Of a stretch of 64,000 bases of DNA, positions 21,618 through 35,535 are shown piece by piece. Both the position numbers and the translations under genes were made by a program. The notes beneath the pieces were generated by a model. The model saw only the letters and a list, made by a program, of their open reading frames with translations. It searched no databases and was not told the DNA's origin. The stretch covers positions 20 through 64,019 of the forward strand of contig JBEIHU010000001.1 of NCBI GenBank assembly GCA_040381175.1. The letters are read 5' to 3'. The DNA is from Burkholderiaceae bacterium. GTDB taxonomy: Bacteria > Pseudomonadota > Gammaproteobacteria > Burkholderiales > Burkholderiaceae_C. Every line of letters starts with the position of its first letter. The stretch's first letter is position 1.

Positions 21618-22487
21618 ATGAGCCTGAACGCACTGTTCGACGTGCCGGCCCCGGCCAAGCTGAACCTGTTCCTGCATGTGGTGGGGCGGCGCGCCGATGG
21701 CTACCACCTGCTGCAGTCGGTGTTCGTGCTGATCGACTGGTGCGACCGCCTGCATTTCGAACTGCGCCGCGACGGCAGCCTGTCGCGGCGTGACCTGGGG
21801 CCGGCCCTGCCGGTAGACGACTTGTGCCTTCGAGCGGCGCGCGCGCTGCAGCGGCACTCCGGCAGCAGCCTGGGCGCCGACATTTCGATCGATAAGCAAG
21901 TGCCCTGGGGTGCCGGGCTGGGCGGCGGCAGCTCCGATGCGGCCAGCACGCTGCTGGCGCTGAACCGACTGTGGGGCCTGCATTGGCCGCTCGAACGGCT
22001 GCTGGGCCTGGGCGCGGCGCTGGGCGCCGACGTGCCCTTCTTCATTGGCGGGCACAACGCGTTCGTCGAAGGCATCGGCGAGCGGCTCACGCCCGTCGTG
22101 CTGCCACCGCAGCGTTTTGCCGTGGTCAAGCCGGCCGCAGAGATCGCCACCGCGGACATCTTCCGCAGCCCGGAGCTGGTCCGCGACACCGAGCCTGTTA
22201 TACTTTTTGGCTCTTTTGCGAGCGCCGGGTTTGGCGAAGGTTTCGGCCGCAACGATTTGCAGCCGGTGGCCGAAGCGCACTGTCCCGAGGTACGGTCGGT
22301 CGCCGAATGGCTGCAGCGCAGATTCGGCAACAGCCGCATGACGGGATCCGGCAGCGCGGTGTTCGCAAGAGTCGGCGTGGATGATCGATCCTTGGCGACA
22401 TGGCCGGCGCAGTCCCTGCCCGGCCCCTGGGTTGGTCGGCTGTGCCGCAGCCTGGACCAACACCCTTTGCTGGGCTGGGCCGGCTGA
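21618..22487 (+). CDS. ispE: 4-(CDP)-2-C-methyl-D-erythritol kinase
   Basis: APAKLNLFL, GAGLGGGSSDAA, LGADVPFF, MTGSGS. Confidence 0.96.
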   Translation: MSLNALFDVPAPAKLNLFLHVVGRRADGYHLLQSVFVLIDWCDRLHFELRRDGSLSRRDLGPALPVDDLCLRAARALQRHSGSSLGADISIDKQVPWGAGLGGGSSDAASTLLALNRLWGLHWPLERLLGLGAALGADVPFFIGGHNAFVEGIGERLTPVVLPPQRFAVVKPAAEIATADIFRSPELVRDTEPVILFGSFASAGFGEGFGRNDLQPVAEAHCPEVRSVAEWLQRRFGNSRMTGSGSAVFARVGVDDRSLATWPAQSLPGPWVGRLCRSLDQHPLLGWAG

Positions 22488-22525
22488 ATAAGGTTCGAGG
22501 GCGCGGTGCGAGCCGGGTCCTGTGT

Positions 22526-22602
22526 AGGGGAGTCGCCAAGTTGGTTAAGGCATCGGATTTTGATTCCGACATGCGAGGGTTCGAGTCCTTCCTCCCCTGC
22601 CA
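22526..22602 (+). tRNA. tRNA-Gln (TTG)
   Basis: AGGGGAGTCGCCAAG...GGATTTTGATTCC...GGTTCGAGTCC...CTCCCCTGCCA; canonical ispE-tRNA-prs position. Confidence 0.95.
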
Positions 22603-22647
22603 AATCCTTCCGCCCGCCGCCGGCCACTGACCACGAGAGATTCCAAG

Positions 22648-23610
22648 GTGCTGTTCAACACCGTGCTGTTCACCGGCAACGCCAACCCGGCGCTGGCGCG
22701 GGAGATCGCCTCGCAGCTGGGCGTGGAACTGGGCCAGGCGCTGGTCGGCCGCTTTTCTGATGGCGAAGTGCGCATCGAGGTGCAGCAAAACGTGCGCGCC
22801 CGCGACATCTTCGTCGTGCAGCCGACCTGTGCGCCGACCAACGAGAACCTGATGGAGATGTGCATCCTGGTCGACGCACTCAAGCGCGCCAGCGCCAGGC
22901 GCATCACCGCGGTGATGCCGTACTTCGGCTATGCGCGCCAGGACCGCCGGCCGCGCTCGACCCGCGTGCCGATCAGCGCCAAGGTGGTGGCCAACATGCT
23001 GCAGAGCGTGGGTGTCGAGCGGCTGCTGACGATGGACCTGCATGCCGACCAGATCCAAGGCTTCTTCGACATCCCCGTCGACAATATCTACGCCTCGCCG
23101 GTGCTGCTGTCCGACCTGAAGAGCAAGAACTACCAGAACCTGGTGGTGGTGTCGCCCGACGTGGGCGGTGTGGTGCGCGCCCGCGCGCTGGCCAAGCAGT
23201 TGGGCTGCGACCTGGCGATCATCGACAAGCGCCGAGCCAACCCGAACGAATCCGAGGTGATGCACGTCATTGGCGACATCGACGGCCGGCACTGCGTGAT
23301 CATGGACGACATGATCGACACCGCGGGCACGCTGGTGGCGGCGGCCGAGGTGCTGAAGCAGCGCGGCGCCAAGCGGGTGTTCGCCTACTGCACGCACCCG
23401 GTTTTTTCGGGCCCGGCCATCGACCGCATCCGCGAGTCGCACATGGACGAGGTGGTGGTCACCAACACCATCCCGCTGAACGACAAGGCCAAATCCTGCA
23501 AGAACATCCGCCAGTTGTCGGTGGCCTTCCTGTTTGCCGAAACCATCCGCCGCATCAGCGACGGCGAGTCGGTGACTTCGCTGTTTGCCGAGCAGAACAG
23601 CAACTTCTAG
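22648..23610 (+). CDS. prs: Ribose-phosphate pyrophosphokinase
   Basis: [27 protein letters not shown]. Confidence 0.97.
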   Translation: MLFNTVLFTGNANPALAREIASQLGVELGQALVGRFSDGEVRIEVQQNVRARDIFVVQPTCAPTNENLMEMCILVDALKRASARRITAVMPYFGYARQDRRPRSTRVPISAKVVANMLQSVGVERLLTMDLHADQIQGFFDIPVDNIYASPVLLSDLKSKNYQNLVVVSPDVGGVVRARALAKQLGCDLAIIDKRRANPNESEVMHVIGDIDGRHCVIMDDMIDTAGTLVAAAEVLKQRGAKRVFAYCTHPVFSGPAIDRIRESHMDEVVVTNTIPLNDKAKSCKNIRQLSVAFLFAETIRRISDGESVTSLFAEQNSNF

Positions 23611-23620
23611 AAGCTAAAGC

Positions 23621-23668
23621 GGGCTCCCGTGGGGAGCCCTTTCCCAATGGCGCCTGGTCGCGGGCGCC
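23621..23668 (+). promoter_or_regulatory. Two hairpins upstream of rplY (terminator-like stem; GGTCGC-loop stem, possible L25 leader)
   Basis: gggctccc-gtg-gggagccc-ttt, then ggcgcct-GGTCGC-gggcgcc just before the RBS; the leader assignment is inference. Confidence 0.45.
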
Positions 23669-23688
23669 TTCTTGACTGGAGTGAAACC

Positions 23689-24336
23689 ATGAAGTTCGTC
23701 GCATTCGAGCGTACGCAGCAGGGGACCGGAGCGAGCCGCCGCCTGCGCGCCGCCAACAAGGTGCCCGGCATCGTCTATGGCGCCGGCACACCGGCCATGA
23801 TCGAGCTGGACCACAACGCGTTGTTCCACGCCCTCAAGAAAGAGGCCTTCCACTCCTCGATCCTGGAGATGGATCTGTCCGGCAACGTGCAGAAAGTGCT
23901 GCTGCGCGACTACCAGATGCACCCGTGGAAGCAGATCATCCTGCACATCGACTTCCAGCGCGTGGACGAGACCACGCGGCTGCACAAGAAGGTGCCGCTG
24001 CACTTCGTGAACGAGGAGAACTCGGTCGCGGTCAAGACCGACAAGTGCCTGGTCAACCACGTGCAGACCGAGCTCGAGGTGGAATGCCTGGCCTCGCAGC
24101 TGCCCGAGTTCATCACCATCGACCTGGGCCATTTGGTCAAGGGACAGTCGATCCACGTCAACGACCTGAAGCTGCCCGACGGCATCAAGGCCGTCAAGCA
24201 CGGCTCGCTGAACCCGGTGATCGTCTCGGCCAACCCGCCCCGCGTCGAGGAAGAGGCTGCAGCCGCTCCTGTGGTGGTTGCCGCCGCCGCGCCGGCGGCC
24301 AAGGCCAAGAAGAGCGAAAAGCAGAACAAGAAGTAG
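23689..24336 (+). CDS. rplY: 50S ribosomal protein L25/Ctc
   Basis: [25 protein letters not shown]5-type C-terminal domain. Confidence 0.96.
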   Translation: MKFVAFERTQQGTGASRRLRAANKVPGIVYGAGTPAMIELDHNALFHALKKEAFHSSILEMDLSGNVQKVLLRDYQMHPWKQIILHIDFQRVDETTRLHKKVPLHFVNEENSVAVKTDKCLVNHVQTELEVECLASQLPEFITIDLGHLVKGQSIHVNDLKLPDGIKAVKHGSLNPVIVSANPPRVEEEAAAAPVVVAAAAPAAKAKKSEKQNKK

Positions 24337-24356
24337 CCGCGGTGGCGGCTTCCGGC

Positions 24357-24384
24357 GAACCCCACTGCGGTGGGGTTCTTCTTG
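24357..24384 (+). terminator. Intrinsic terminator after rplY
   Basis: gaaccccac-tgcg-gtggggttc followed by ttctt. Confidence 0.6.
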
Positions 24385-24468
24385 TCCGCGCGACGCTCCT
24401 GCAGGACCGTTGCGCCCAGCAGCGGAACGTAGAATCCTCTCGATCCGTCCGAAGTTCCTGGATTGCGC

Positions 24469-25107
24469 ATGATCCGCCTGCTGGTCGGCCTGGGCAACCC
24501 GGGCCCGGAATATGAAGCCACGCGGCACAACGCCGGTTTCTGGTGGCTTGATGCCGTGGCGCGCAAGCTGGGCTGCAGCCTGTCGCCGCAGCGCAGCTAC
24601 TTCGGCCTGGCCGCGCGGGCAAGTGCGGCGCGCGGCCCGGTCTGGTTGCTGCAGCCAATGACCTACATGAACCTGTCCGGCAAGTCGGTGGCGGAGCTGG
24701 CGCGTTTCTACAAGATCGAGCCGAGGGAGATCCTGGTCGCCCATGACGAGCTCGACTTGATGCCTGGTCAGGTAAAGCTCAAGTTCGGCGGCGGACATGC
24801 CGGGCACAACGGCCTGCGCGACATCCATGCGCAGCTCGGGTCGGCCGACTACTGGCGGCTGCGCCTGGGCATCGGCCACCCTGGCGTCAAGGCCGAGGTC
24901 GTCGACTACGTGCTGCGCAAGCCGGCACCCGAGCAGCGCGAGCTGATCGAGCAGACCATCGCCCTCACGGTCGCTTCGCTCGACCTGCTGCTGGCCGGCG
25001 AGATGGAGCGCGCGATGATGAAGGTGCATGTGAAACCGGCCCGTGCGAAGGCAGCATCGCCTGAGCCCGCCGCCGCGCTGCAGCCCGACCTTGGCCCGCC
25101 GCGATGA
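24469..25107 (+). CDS. pth: Peptidyl-tRNA hydrolase
   Basis: GLGNPG, TRHNAG, TYMNLSG, HDELD, GHNGLR. Confidence 0.96.
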   Translation: MIRLLVGLGNPGPEYEATRHNAGFWWLDAVARKLGCSLSPQRSYFGLAARASAARGPVWLLQPMTYMNLSGKSVAELARFYKIEPREILVAHDELDLMPGQVKLKFGGGHAGHNGLRDIHAQLGSADYWRLRLGIGHPGVKAEVVDYVLRKPAPEQRELIEQTIALTVASLDLLLAGEMERAMMKVHVKPARAKAASPEPAAALQPDLGPPR

Positions 25108-25535
25108 AGGCAAGGGGGCTCTTGCAGCTGCGCCGGCTGGCCGGTGGCCTGCTGGCCATGGCCTGGATGGCTGCGCAATCGGCTCCGCCGCAGACGGTGT
25201 ACCGTTGCGGCCCGGAAGGCCGGGTCTATTCGCAGACGCCCTGCGCGGACGGCAAGGCCCTGAGCGTGGAAGACCCGCGCTCGCCCAGCCAGCAGAAGGC
25301 CGCGCGCGATGTCGCAGCCCGCGATGCCGAGCGGGCAAACAAACTGGCTGACGAGCGGCGTCGGCGCGAAGAGGCAGCCAGGGGCCAGCAGGCGGCGGGC
25401 TTCAATGCGCCAGTGCCGGCTGGCCCGGCCTCGGCGCCGCCGCGCAAGGGCAAGGCCAAGGCGCCGCCGCCTGCCGAACCATCGCCGATGAGCCCGGCGA
25501 TGCGCGTGCCGGCACAGGCCAGCCCGGGCAAATAG
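25104..25535 (+). CDS. Hypothetical exported protein (DUF4124-like N-terminus)
   Basis: Signal-like N-terminus, VYRC...YSQTPC, coiled coil; ATGA overlap with pth. Confidence 0.6.
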   Translation: MKARGLLQLRRLAGGLLAMAWMAAQSAPPQTVYRCGPEGRVYSQTPCADGKALSVEDPRSPSQQKAARDVAARDAERANKLADERRRREEAARGQQAAGFNAPVPAGPASAPPRKGKAKAPPPAEPSPMSPAMRVPAQASPGK

Positions 25536-25814
<279 letters not shown>

Positions 25815-26318
25815 TCAGCTTTCGGACTGGCTGACGCGCTCTTTCAGGCGCTTCAGTACCGAGGGTGCCACGAACTTCGAGACATCACCGCCAAGCATGG
25901 CAATTTCGCGCACGAAGGTTCCGCTGATGAACTGGTACTGGTCGGAGGGCGTCAGGAACAGCGTCTCCACCTCGGGCATCAGCTGGCGGTTCATGCCGGC
26001 CATCTGGAACTCGTAGTCGAAATCGCTCATCGCGCGCAGGCCGCGCACCACCACGTCGCCACGCGAGCCGACGACGAAGTCGCGCAGCAGGCCGCGGAAG
26101 GGTATGACCTCGACGTTCGGGTAGGGCGAGGCGATCTCTGCGGCCATCTGCAGCCGCTCGTCGATGGTGAACATGGTGCGCTTGTGGTGGCCCACGGCCA
26201 CCGCCAGGATCAGCCGGTCGAACAGGTGCGCGGCACGGCGCATCAGGTCCTCATGGCCCAGCGTCATCGGGTCGAAGGTGCCGGGATAGACGGCGGTGAG
26301 CGGTGTAACGGTGGTCAA
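25815..26318 (-). CDS. coaD: Pantetheine-phosphate adenylyltransferase
   Basis: [24 protein letters not shown]; TTG start with GGAG RBS. Confidence 0.96.
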   Translation of the reverse strand: MTTVTPLTAVYPGTFDPMTLGHEDLMRRAAHLFDRLILAVAVGHHKRTMFTIDERLQMAAEIASPYPNVEVIPFRGLLRDFVVGSRGDVVVRGLRAMSDFDYEFQMAGMNRQLMPEVETLFLTPSDQYQFISGTFVREIAMLGGDVSKFVAPSVLKRLKERVSQSES

Positions 26319-26916
26319 GGCTCGTGTCTCCTGGGCAGGCCGCCTGGGCCGGGAGTGTAGCCGTCGCGCTTGCGCTGCAGCAGGTGGAAGTGCACGGCGC
26401 CGGCGCGGGTCTGGCGGTGGATGGTCCAGCCCTCAGGCGGATCCGGCAGGGCCTGGCGCGCCTCCAGGTAGATGAATCCATCGTCGGCCACAAGCCGCGT
26501 CGCCAGCGGCAGCGACAGCTCGCCGAGGCCGCTGTCGAAGGGGGGGTCGAGCAGCACCAGGTCGAAGCAGCCGCCGGCGGCGCGGCCCATCCAGGCGATG
26601 GCGTCGCTGTTCTCGACACGCAGGGCTTCGGCCTTCAGTCGCTGCCGGCTGTGGTGCAGGCTGGCCGCGAGCGCCGGATCGCGCTCCAGCAGCACCACCT
26701 CGGCCGCACCTCGCGAAGCGGCCTCGAAGCCCAGCGCGCCGCTGCCGGCAAAGGCATCCAGGCAGCGCCAGCCGGTCAGGTCCTGGCCCAACCAGTTGAA
26801 CAGCGTCTCGCGCACCCGGTCGGGCGTGGGCCGCAGCCCCGGCTTGTCGGCCACCGGCAACTTGCTGCGCTTCCACTGCCCGCCGATGATGCGCACTTCG
26901 TGCCCAGCACCGGCCT

Positions 26917-26920
<4 letters not shown>
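26315..26920 (-). CDS. rsmD: 16S rRNA m2G966 methyltransferase
   Basis: [35 protein letters not shown]. Confidence 0.95.
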
Positions 26921-27678
<758 letters not shown>

Positions 27679-27679
27679 G

Positions 27680-27752
27680 TTCTACCGCGGGGCCGCCCCG
27701 AAGCAGACCGCGCCCCCTCGGAGGGCCGCGACCGCAGCGAGCCAGGGGGCCA
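27680..27752. repeat. REP-like GC-rich palindromic element between hisA and hisF
   Basis: gccgccccgaag...gccccctcggagggc...gggggc; shares the gccccctcg hairpin start with 51965. Confidence 0.45.
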
Positions 27753-27758
27753 AGATCA

Positions 27759-28499
27759 TCAGGCGCCGAGCTCGTCGGCGCGCACCTGCGCCGCCGTGAA
27801 ATCGAGCGAGCCGGTGTAGATGCTGCGGCCGCAGATCACCGCCTCGATGCCTTCGGATTCCACCGCGCACAGCCGCTCGATGTCGCCGATGTCGGACACG
27901 CCGCCCGAGGCGATGACCGGGATGCTCAGCGCCTGCGCGAGCCTGACCGTGGCCTCGATGTTGACGCCGGTGAGCATTCCGTCTCGGCCGATGTCGGTGT
28001 AGATGACGCCCTCGACACCGTAGTCCTCGAACTTCTTCGCCAGGTCGATGACCTCGTGGCCGGTGAGCTTGCTCCAGCCGTCGGTGGCGACCTTGCCGTC
28101 CTTGGCATCGAGCCCGACGATGATGTGGCCGCCGAAGGCGCTGCAGGCGTCCTTCAGGAAGCCCGGGCTCTTGACCGCCGCGGTGCCGATGATGATGTAG
28201 GACACGCCGTCGTCCAGGTAGCGCTCGATGGTGTCCAGGTCGCGGATGCCGCCGCCCAGCTGCACGGGGATCTGGTCGCCCACCTCGCGCAGGATGCTCT
28301 TGATTGCCGGCTCGTTGACCGGCTTGCCGGCGAAGGCACCGTTCAAGTCCACCAGGTGCAGGCGCCGCGCGCCGGCATCGAGCCAGCGCCGGGCCATCGC
28401 GGCCGGGTCTTCGCCGAACGTGGTGGAGGCCTTCATGTCGCCTTGCTGCAGGCGGACACACTTGCCGTCCTTGAGGTCGATGGCCGGTATCAGCAACAT
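27759..28499 (-). CDS. hisA: ProFAR isomerase HisA
   Basis: [29 protein letters not shown]. Confidence 0.97.
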   Translation of the reverse strand: MLLIPAIDLKDGKCVRLQQGDMKASTTFGEDPAAMARRWLDAGARRLHLVDLNGAFAGKPVNEPAIKSILREVGDQIPVQLGGGIRDLDTIERYLDDGVSYIIIGTAAVKSPGFLKDACSAFGGHIIVGLDAKDGKVATDGWSKLTGHEVIDLAKKFEDYGVEGVIYTDIGRDGMLTGVNIEATVRLAQALSIPVIASGGVSDIGDIERLCAVESEGIEAVICGRSIYTGSLDFTAAQVRADELGA

Positions 28500-28531
28500 G
28501 GCGTCGAGCGGGATTGGGGAGGAAACAGCGC

Positions 28532-29191
28532 TCAGGGGTTCCAGGAGAGGAAATTGCGGTACAGGGCCAGGCCGTGGTCGGCACTCTTCTCGGGATGGAA
28601 CTGCGTGGCAAAAATGTTATCGCGGGCGATGGCGCTGGTAAAGCTGGCGCCGTACTCGGTGCGCCCGGCCGCATGCCGCGGGTCGCTGGGCTGCACATGG
28701 TAGCTGTGCACGAAATAGAAGTAGGCCGCATCGGGCACGCCGTGCCACAGCGCATGCGCCCGGCCGTCGTGCGCCTGCTGGAACACCCGGTTCCAGCCCA
28801 TCTGCGGCACCTTGTAGCGGCTGCCGTCGGCCTGGCGCTGGCCGTCCAGCCGGAAGCGTTGCACCCGGCCGGGGATCAGCCCCAGCCCGGGCGTGTCCTG
28901 TTCCTCGCTGTGCTCCAGCAGCATCTGCATGCCCACGCACACGCCCATCAGCGGCTTGGCGGCCGCGGCTTCCAGCACCGCGTGCTTGAGGCCGGAATCA
29001 TGCAGCTCACGCATGCAGTCGCGCATCGCGCCCTGGCCGGGCAGCACCACGCGCTCGGCCGCGCACACGTCTTCCGGGCGCTGGGTGACGATGACCTCGA
29101 AACCACTGCCCTGGGCCACGTGCAGCACGGCCTGCGACACCGAGCGCAGGTTGCCCATGCCGTAGTCGACGACGGCCACCGTGCGGGTCAT
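28532..29191 (-). CDS. hisH: Imidazole glycerol phosphate synthase subunit HisH
   Basis: DYGMGNL, GVCVGMQ, FVHSY, QFHPEKS. Confidence 0.96.
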   Translation of the reverse strand: MTRTVAVVDYGMGNLRSVSQAVLHVAQGSGFEVIVTQRPEDVCAAERVVLPGQGAMRDCMRELHDSGLKHAVLEAAAAKPLMGVCVGMQMLLEHSEEQDTPGLGLIPGRVQRFRLDGQRQADGSRYKVPQMGWNRVFQQAHDGRAHALWHGVPDAAYFYFVHSYHVQPSDPRHAAGRTEYGASFTSAIARDNIFATQFHPEKSADHGLALYRNFLSWNP

Positions 29192-29257
29192 GTCAGCCCT
29201 TCGCCCATGGGGGTGCGGGCCGGCTTGGGGCGGCCCGGCGCTCGGCCCGCCCCGCAG

Positions 29258-29848
29258 TCACAGTGTGCCCTTCGTCGACGGGATGAGGCCGGCCGAGCGC
29301 GGGTCGGGCGTCAGCGCCATGCGCAGCGCGCGGGCGAAGGCCTTGAACACCGTCTCGCACTGGTGGTGCGCGTTCTGGCCCTTCAGATTGTCGATGTGCA
29401 GCGTGACCAGCGCATGGCTGGAGAATCCCTGGAAGAACTCGAAAGCCAGCTGCGTGTCGAAGCCACCGATCATGCCGGCCTTGAAGGGCACATCCATGTG
29501 CAGCCCCGGGCGGCCGGAGAAGTCGATCACCACCCGCGACAGCGCCTCGTCCAGCGGCACGTAGGCGTGGCCGTAGCGGGTGATGCCCTTCTTGTCGCCG
29601 ACGGCCTGCGCCACCGCCATGCCGAGGGTGATGCCCACGTCCTCCACCGTGTGGTGGCCGTCGATGTGCAGGTCGCCCTTCGCGTCGATGTCCAGGTCGA
29701 TCAGCCCGTGGCGGGCGATCTGGTCGAGCATGTGGTCGAAGAAGCCGATGCCGGTGGCCAGTGCGGCCTGGCCGGTGCCGTCCAGATCGACGCGCACGCG
29801 GATCTGCGTTTCCTTGGTGTCGCGGCGGACTTCGGCGATGCGGTTCAT
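29258..29848 (-). CDS. hisB: Imidazoleglycerol-phosphate dehydratase
   Basis: [27 protein letters not shown]. Confidence 0.97.
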   Translation of the reverse strand: MNRIAEVRRDTKETQIRVRVDLDGTGQAALATGIGFFDHMLDQIARHGLIDLDIDAKGDLHIDGHHTVEDVGITLGMAVAQAVGDKKGITRYGHAYVPLDEALSRVVIDFSGRPGLHMDVPFKAGMIGGFDTQLAFEFFQGFSSHALVTLHIDNLKGQNAHHQCETVFKAFARALRMALTPDPRSAGLIPSTKGTL

Positions 29849-30930
29849 AAGCTGGCCTTCAGCGCCTGGATCATGGCGTCATTTTCCTCGGGTGCGCCCA
29901 CCGTCAGGCGCAGGCAGTTCACCAGCAGCGGGTGCAGGCCGGCGATGTGCTTGACCAGCACGCCGCGCGCCTTGATGCCCTCGAAGCAGGCCTTCGAATC
30001 GGGCACGCGCACCAGCAGCATGTTCGCCTCGCTGGGAAACACCTTCACGCCAGGCAGCGCGGCCAGCGCTGCCGACAGCCGCGCGCGCTCGCTGCGCAGC
30101 AGGGCGGCCTGGCGCGCGTATTCGTCGGCATGGTCCAGCGCGAACAACGTGGCCTCGGCATTGAGCACGCTGATGTTGTAGGGCGGCCGCACCTTGTCGA
30201 CCTCGTCGATCAGCGCCGCCGGGCCGCACAGGTAGCCCAGGCGCACGCCGGCCAGGCCGAACTTGCTGAGCGTGCGCATCACCAGCACATGCTCGTGCTG
30301 CGCCAGCTTCGGCAGCCAGCTGCGCGACGAGAAGGGCTGGTAGGCCTCATCGAACACCACCAGCCCTCGCTGCCGGCCCACTGCCGCGACGATTCGCTCG
30401 ACGATGGCCTCGTCGAACAGGTTGGCCGTCGGGTTGTTGGGATAGGCGATATAGGTCAGCGCCGGGCGGTGCTGCTCGATCGCGGCCAGCATCGCCCCCT
30501 CGTCCAGCTCGAAGTCCTGCGTCAGCGGCACGCCGACGAAGTTCAGCCCGCGCAGCTGCGCCGACATCTGGTACATCACGAAGCCCGGCAGCGGTGCCAG
30601 CAGCGTGGCGCCCGGCACGTCGCAGGCCACGCTGAGCATGTCGATCAGCTCGTCAGAGCCGTTGCCCAGGATCATCTCGCAGCCGGCCGGCAGCTCCACG
30701 TACTTCGACAACGCGGCCATCACGTCGGCCGTGCTCTGCACCGGATAGCGGTTGAGGGCCACGCGGCCCAGGCGCTCGCCCAGCTCGCGTTGCAGCGCCT
30801 CGCTCAGGCGGAACGGGTTCTCCATCGCATCCAGCTTGATCAGCCCGCGGCTGTCCTGGATGGCATAGGCATGCATCGACTTCACGTCCTGGCGGATCGT
30901 CCGGCGGATGCGTTCGTCCAGCGTGCTCAT
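29845..30930 (-). CDS. hisC: Histidinol-phosphate aminotransferase
   Basis: [31 protein letters not shown]. Confidence 0.96.
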   Translation of the reverse strand: MSTLDERIRRTIRQDVKSMHAYAIQDSRGLIKLDAMENPFRLSEALQRELGERLGRVALNRYPVQSTADVMAALSKYVELPAGCEMILGNGSDELIDMLSVACDVPGATLLAPLPGFVMYQMSAQLRGLNFVGVPLTQDFELDEGAMLAAIEQHRPALTYIAYPNNPTANLFDEAIVERIVAAVGRQRGLVVFDEAYQPFSSRSWLPKLAQHEHVLVMRTLSKFGLAGVRLGYLCGPAALIDEVDKVRPPYNISVLNAEATLFALDHADEYARQAALLRSERARLSAALAALPGVKVFPSEANMLLVRVPDSKACFEGIKARGVLVKHIAGLHPLLVNCLRLTVGAPEENDAMIQALKASL

Positions 30931-32312
30931 GCTTGCGCCCCTGGAATCTTGACGTCCTTGAGCCGCATCTCGGCGGCGCGGGCATGGGCCTGCAGGCCCT
31001 CGCCGTAGGCCAGCTCGGCGGCGATCGGCCCCAGCACCTGCGCGCCGCGCTGGCTGACCTCGATCAGGCTGCTGCGCTTGACGAAGTCGTACACGCCCAG
31101 CGGCGAGCTGAAGCGCGCGGTGCCCGAGGTGGGCAGCACGTGGTTGGGCCCGGCGCAGTAGTCGCCCAGGCTCTCGCTGGTGAAGGCGCCGAGGAAGAGC
31201 GCGCCGGCATGGCGCAGCAGCGGCTCCCAGCGATGCGGCTCGCGCGAGCTGATCTCCAGGTGCTCCGGCGCGATGCGGTTGCTGAGGGCGCAGGCCTCTT
31301 CCATGCTGTGCGTCTGGATCAGCGCGCCGCGGCCTTCCATCGAGGCGCGGATCACCTCTCGCCGTGGCATGGCCGGCAGCAGCCGCTCCATGGCTGCACG
31401 CACCGCGGCGATATAGGCCGCGTCGGGGCACAGCAGGATGCTCTGCGCCAGCTCGTCGTGCTCGGCCTGGCTGAAAAGGTCCATCGCCACCCAGTCGGGC
31501 GGCGCGCTGCCGTCGGCCAGCACCAGGATCTCGCTGGGCCCGGCGATCATGTCGATGCCCACCTGGCCGAACACATGCTTCTTGGCGCTGGCCACGTAGG
31601 CATTGCCCGGGCCGGTGATCTTGTCGACCCGCGGCACGCTCTGTGTGCCATAGGCCAGCGCGGCCACCGCCTGCGCGCCGCCAATGGTGAAGGCCCGGCT
31701 GATGCCGGCCACCGCGGCTGCGGCCAGCACCAGGTCGTTGCGCTCACCCACCGCGGCGGTGGCGCCGCCGTGGCCGCCAGTGGCCACGCTGCCGCGCACT
31801 GGCGTGGGCACCACCATGATGATCTCGGCCACGCCGGCCACTTGCGCCGGCACCGCATTCATGATCAGGCTGGACGGATAGGCCGCCTTGCCGCCGGGCA
31901 CGTAGATGCCCACCCGGTCCAGCGGCGTGACCTTCTGCCCCAGCATCGTGCCGTCGGCATCGCGGTAGCTCCAGCTCTGGCAGCAGGCCTCGCGCTGGCG
32001 CTCGTGGTAACTGCGCACCCGCGCGGCCGCCTGCTCCAGCGCCGCGCGCTGCGCCGGCGTGATGCGGCCCAGCGCCGCGCTCAGCTCGTCGGGGCCGATC
32101 TCGAGCGCAGCCATGCTCGCGGCCTGCAGGCCGTCGAAGCGCGCCGTCAGCTCCAGCACTGCGGCATCGCCGCGCGCGCGCACGTCGGCAATGATCTGCG
32201 CGACGCGGTCCTCGATGGCAGCGTCGGTCTCCGCAGACCAATGCAGCAACCGCTGGAGCTGCGTCTGGAAGTCCGGCGCATCGGTGCGCAGCTGGCGCAG
32301 GCGCAGCGTCAT
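30927..32312 (-). CDS. hisD: Histidinol dehydrogenase
   Basis: [44 protein letters not shown]. Confidence 0.97.
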   Translation of the reverse strand: MTLRLRQLRTDAPDFQTQLQRLLHWSAETDAAIEDRVAQIIADVRARGDAAVLELTARFDGLQAASMAALEIGPDELSAALGRITPAQRAALEQAAARVRSYHERQREACCQSWSYRDADGTMLGQKVTPLDRVGIYVPGGKAAYPSSLIMNAVPAQVAGVAEIIMVVPTPVRGSVATGGHGGATAAVGERNDLVLAAAAVAGISRAFTIGGAQAVAALAYGTQSVPRVDKITGPGNAYVASAKKHVFGQVGIDMIAGPSEILVLADGSAPPDWVAMDLFSQAEHDELAQSILLCPDAAYIAAVRAAMERLLPAMPRREVIRASMEGRGALIQTHSMEEACALSNRIAPEHLEISSREPHRWEPLLRHAGALFLGAFTSESLGDYCAGPNHVLPTSGTARFSSPLGVYDFVKRSSLIEVSQRGAQVLGPIAAELAYGEGLQAHARAAEMRLKDVKIPGAQA

Positions 32313-32949
32313 GGTCGGCCGTCCACTGCAGCGCCGAGGGCATCGATCAGCGCCCTCATCGGCTCGCGCTTGAGCTTCAGCGCCGCCTGGTTGACCACCA
32401 GCCGGGCCGAGATATCCATGATGCGTTCCACCTCGACCAGATGGTTGGCCTTGAGCGTGGCGCCTGACGAGACCAGATCGACGATGGCATCGGCCAGGCC
32501 GGTCAGCGGCGCCAGCTCCATCGAGCCATAGAGCTTTATCAGGTCGACGTGCACGCCCTTGTCGGCAAAGTGCTGCCGGGCCGTGCGCGTGTACTTCGTG
32601 GCCACGCGCAGGCGCGAGCCCTGGCGCACCGCCGCCGCGTAGTCGAAGTCGTCGCGCACGGCCACGCTCATGCGGCATTCGGCGATGCGCAGATCCAATG
32701 GCTGGTAAAGCCCTTCGCCGCGATGTTCGATGAGCACGTCCTTGCCGGCCACGCCCAGGTCGGCGCCGCCGTACTGCACGTAGGTGGGCACATCGCTGGC
32801 ACGCACCAGCACCACGCGCAGGTCGGGACGGCTGGTGCCGCTGATCAGCTTGCGGCTCTTTTCCGGGTCCTCCGCCATGCGCACGCCGGCGGCTTCGAGC
32901 AGCGGCAGCGTCTCGTCGAAGATGCGTCCTTTTGAGAGCGCCAGCGTGA

Positions 32950-32953
<4 letters not shown>
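32309..32953 (-). CDS. hisG: ATP phosphoribosyltransferase (short form)
   Basis: [25 protein letters not shown]; ~214 aa with no C-terminal regulatory domain. Confidence 0.95.
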
Positions 32954-34215
<1,262 letters not shown>

Positions 34216-34315
34216 GATGGCTGTGGCTCGGGCTCGTCAGCGCACCGTGGGGGGCCTTGGGGCGTCGGCGCAGCGGCGACGGCCAGTGACCACCCGCAGC
34301 GCGCCGCGGGCCGGA

Positions 34316-34597
34316 TCAATGGGGGTGGTGGGCGGGCGACGACTGCCCAGCCGCGCCTTGCGCAGCCCATTCGGCAGGTGTGAGGGTCTTCATCGACAGC
34401 GCGTGAATCTGCTCGCGCATTCTATCGCCCAGCGCAGCGTAGACCTGCTGGTGCCGCGCCACACGCGAGCGCCCCGCGAAGGCCGAGGAGACGACGGTGG
34501 CGAAGAAATGGCGGCCGTCGCCCTGGACCTCGAGGTGCTCGCAAGACAGTCCGGCGGCAATGAACTCGCGCACCTGCTGGGGGGTCGGCTCCGACAT
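34316..34597 (-). CDS. BolA family protein (IbaG-like)
   Basis: GDGRHF, RHQQVY, IHALS; directly upstream of murA. Confidence 0.9.
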   Translation of the reverse strand: MSEPTPQQVREFIAAGLSCEHLEVQGDGRHFFATVVSSAFAGRSRVARHQQVYAALGDRMREQIHALSMKTLTPAEWAAQGAAGQSSPAHHPH

Positions 34598-34694
34598 GAT
34601 GAGCGCAATTATGTCCGAGCCTCAGCCCGGTCGCTGGCATCGCTTCCGGTCCTTCGCCAGCCGGCGCTTGCCTCCCGGCCGGCGCCCGGCGGGC

Positions 34695-35450
34695 TCAGTG
34701 CCGCAGCTTGTAGCCGGTCTTCAACAGCCGCAGCGCCAAGGCCGACACGATCAGGAAGCTGCCGCCGACCACACCCAGGCTGAGCCAGGGCGACACATCG
34801 CTGACGCCGAAGAAGCCGCGGCGAAAGCCGTCGATCATGTAGAAAAAGGGGTTCAGGTGGCTGACCTGGTACCAGAAGCTCGGCAGCGAATGCACCGAAT
34901 AGAACACGCCCGACAGGAAGGTCATCGGCATGATGATGAAGTTCTGGAAGGCTGCCATCTGGTCGAACTTGTCAGCCCACAGGCCGGCAATCAGCCCCAG
35001 CGCGCCGAGCATTCCCGCACCCAGCAGCGCAAAGGCTACGATCCACACCGGCTGCGCCAGCCCTGGCGGCGAAAACCAGGCGGTGACCGCGAACACGCCC
35101 AGGCCCACGCACAGCCCGCGCACCACCGACGCACCCACGTAGGCCGTGAACCAGGCCCAGTGCGAAAGCGGCGTGACCATCAGGAACACCAGGTTGCCGG
35201 TGATCTTGCTCTGCACCAGCGAGCTGCTGCTGTTGGCGAAGGCGTTCTGCAGCACGCTCATCATCACCAGCCCAGGGATCAGGAAACGGGTGTAGCCGAC
35301 GTTGTCGAACACCTGCACCTTGTCCGACAGCACATGGCCGAAGATCAGCAGGTACATCACCGCCGTCAGCACCGGGGCGGCCACCGTCTGGAAGCCCACC
35401 TTCCAGAAGCGCAGCACCTCCTTGTAGAGCAGCGTGCGCACGCCGTTCAT
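34695..35450 (-). CDS. ABC-2 transporter permease (YadH-like)
   Basis: PGLVMMS, FLSGVFYS, NPFFYMIDGFR. Confidence 0.9.
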   Translation of the reverse strand: MNGVRTLLYKEVLRFWKVGFQTVAAPVLTAVMYLLIFGHVLSDKVQVFDNVGYTRFLIPGLVMMSVLQNAFANSSSSLVQSKITGNLVFLMVTPLSHWAWFTAYVGASVVRGLCVGLGVFAVTAWFSPPGLAQPVWIVAFALLGAGMLGALGLIAGLWADKFDQMAAFQNFIIMPMTFLSGVFYSVHSLPSFWYQVSHLNPFFYMIDGFRRGFFGVSDVSPWLSLGVVGGSFLIVSALALRLLKTGYKLRH

Positions 35451-35535
35451 GCCTGCCCCCCGCCCGGCGGGCACGCCAGTCGATCCGCCGAGAGGATGCG
35501 GGCCGGCTTGCGAGCGGCCCGGCGCTCGGCCCGTC

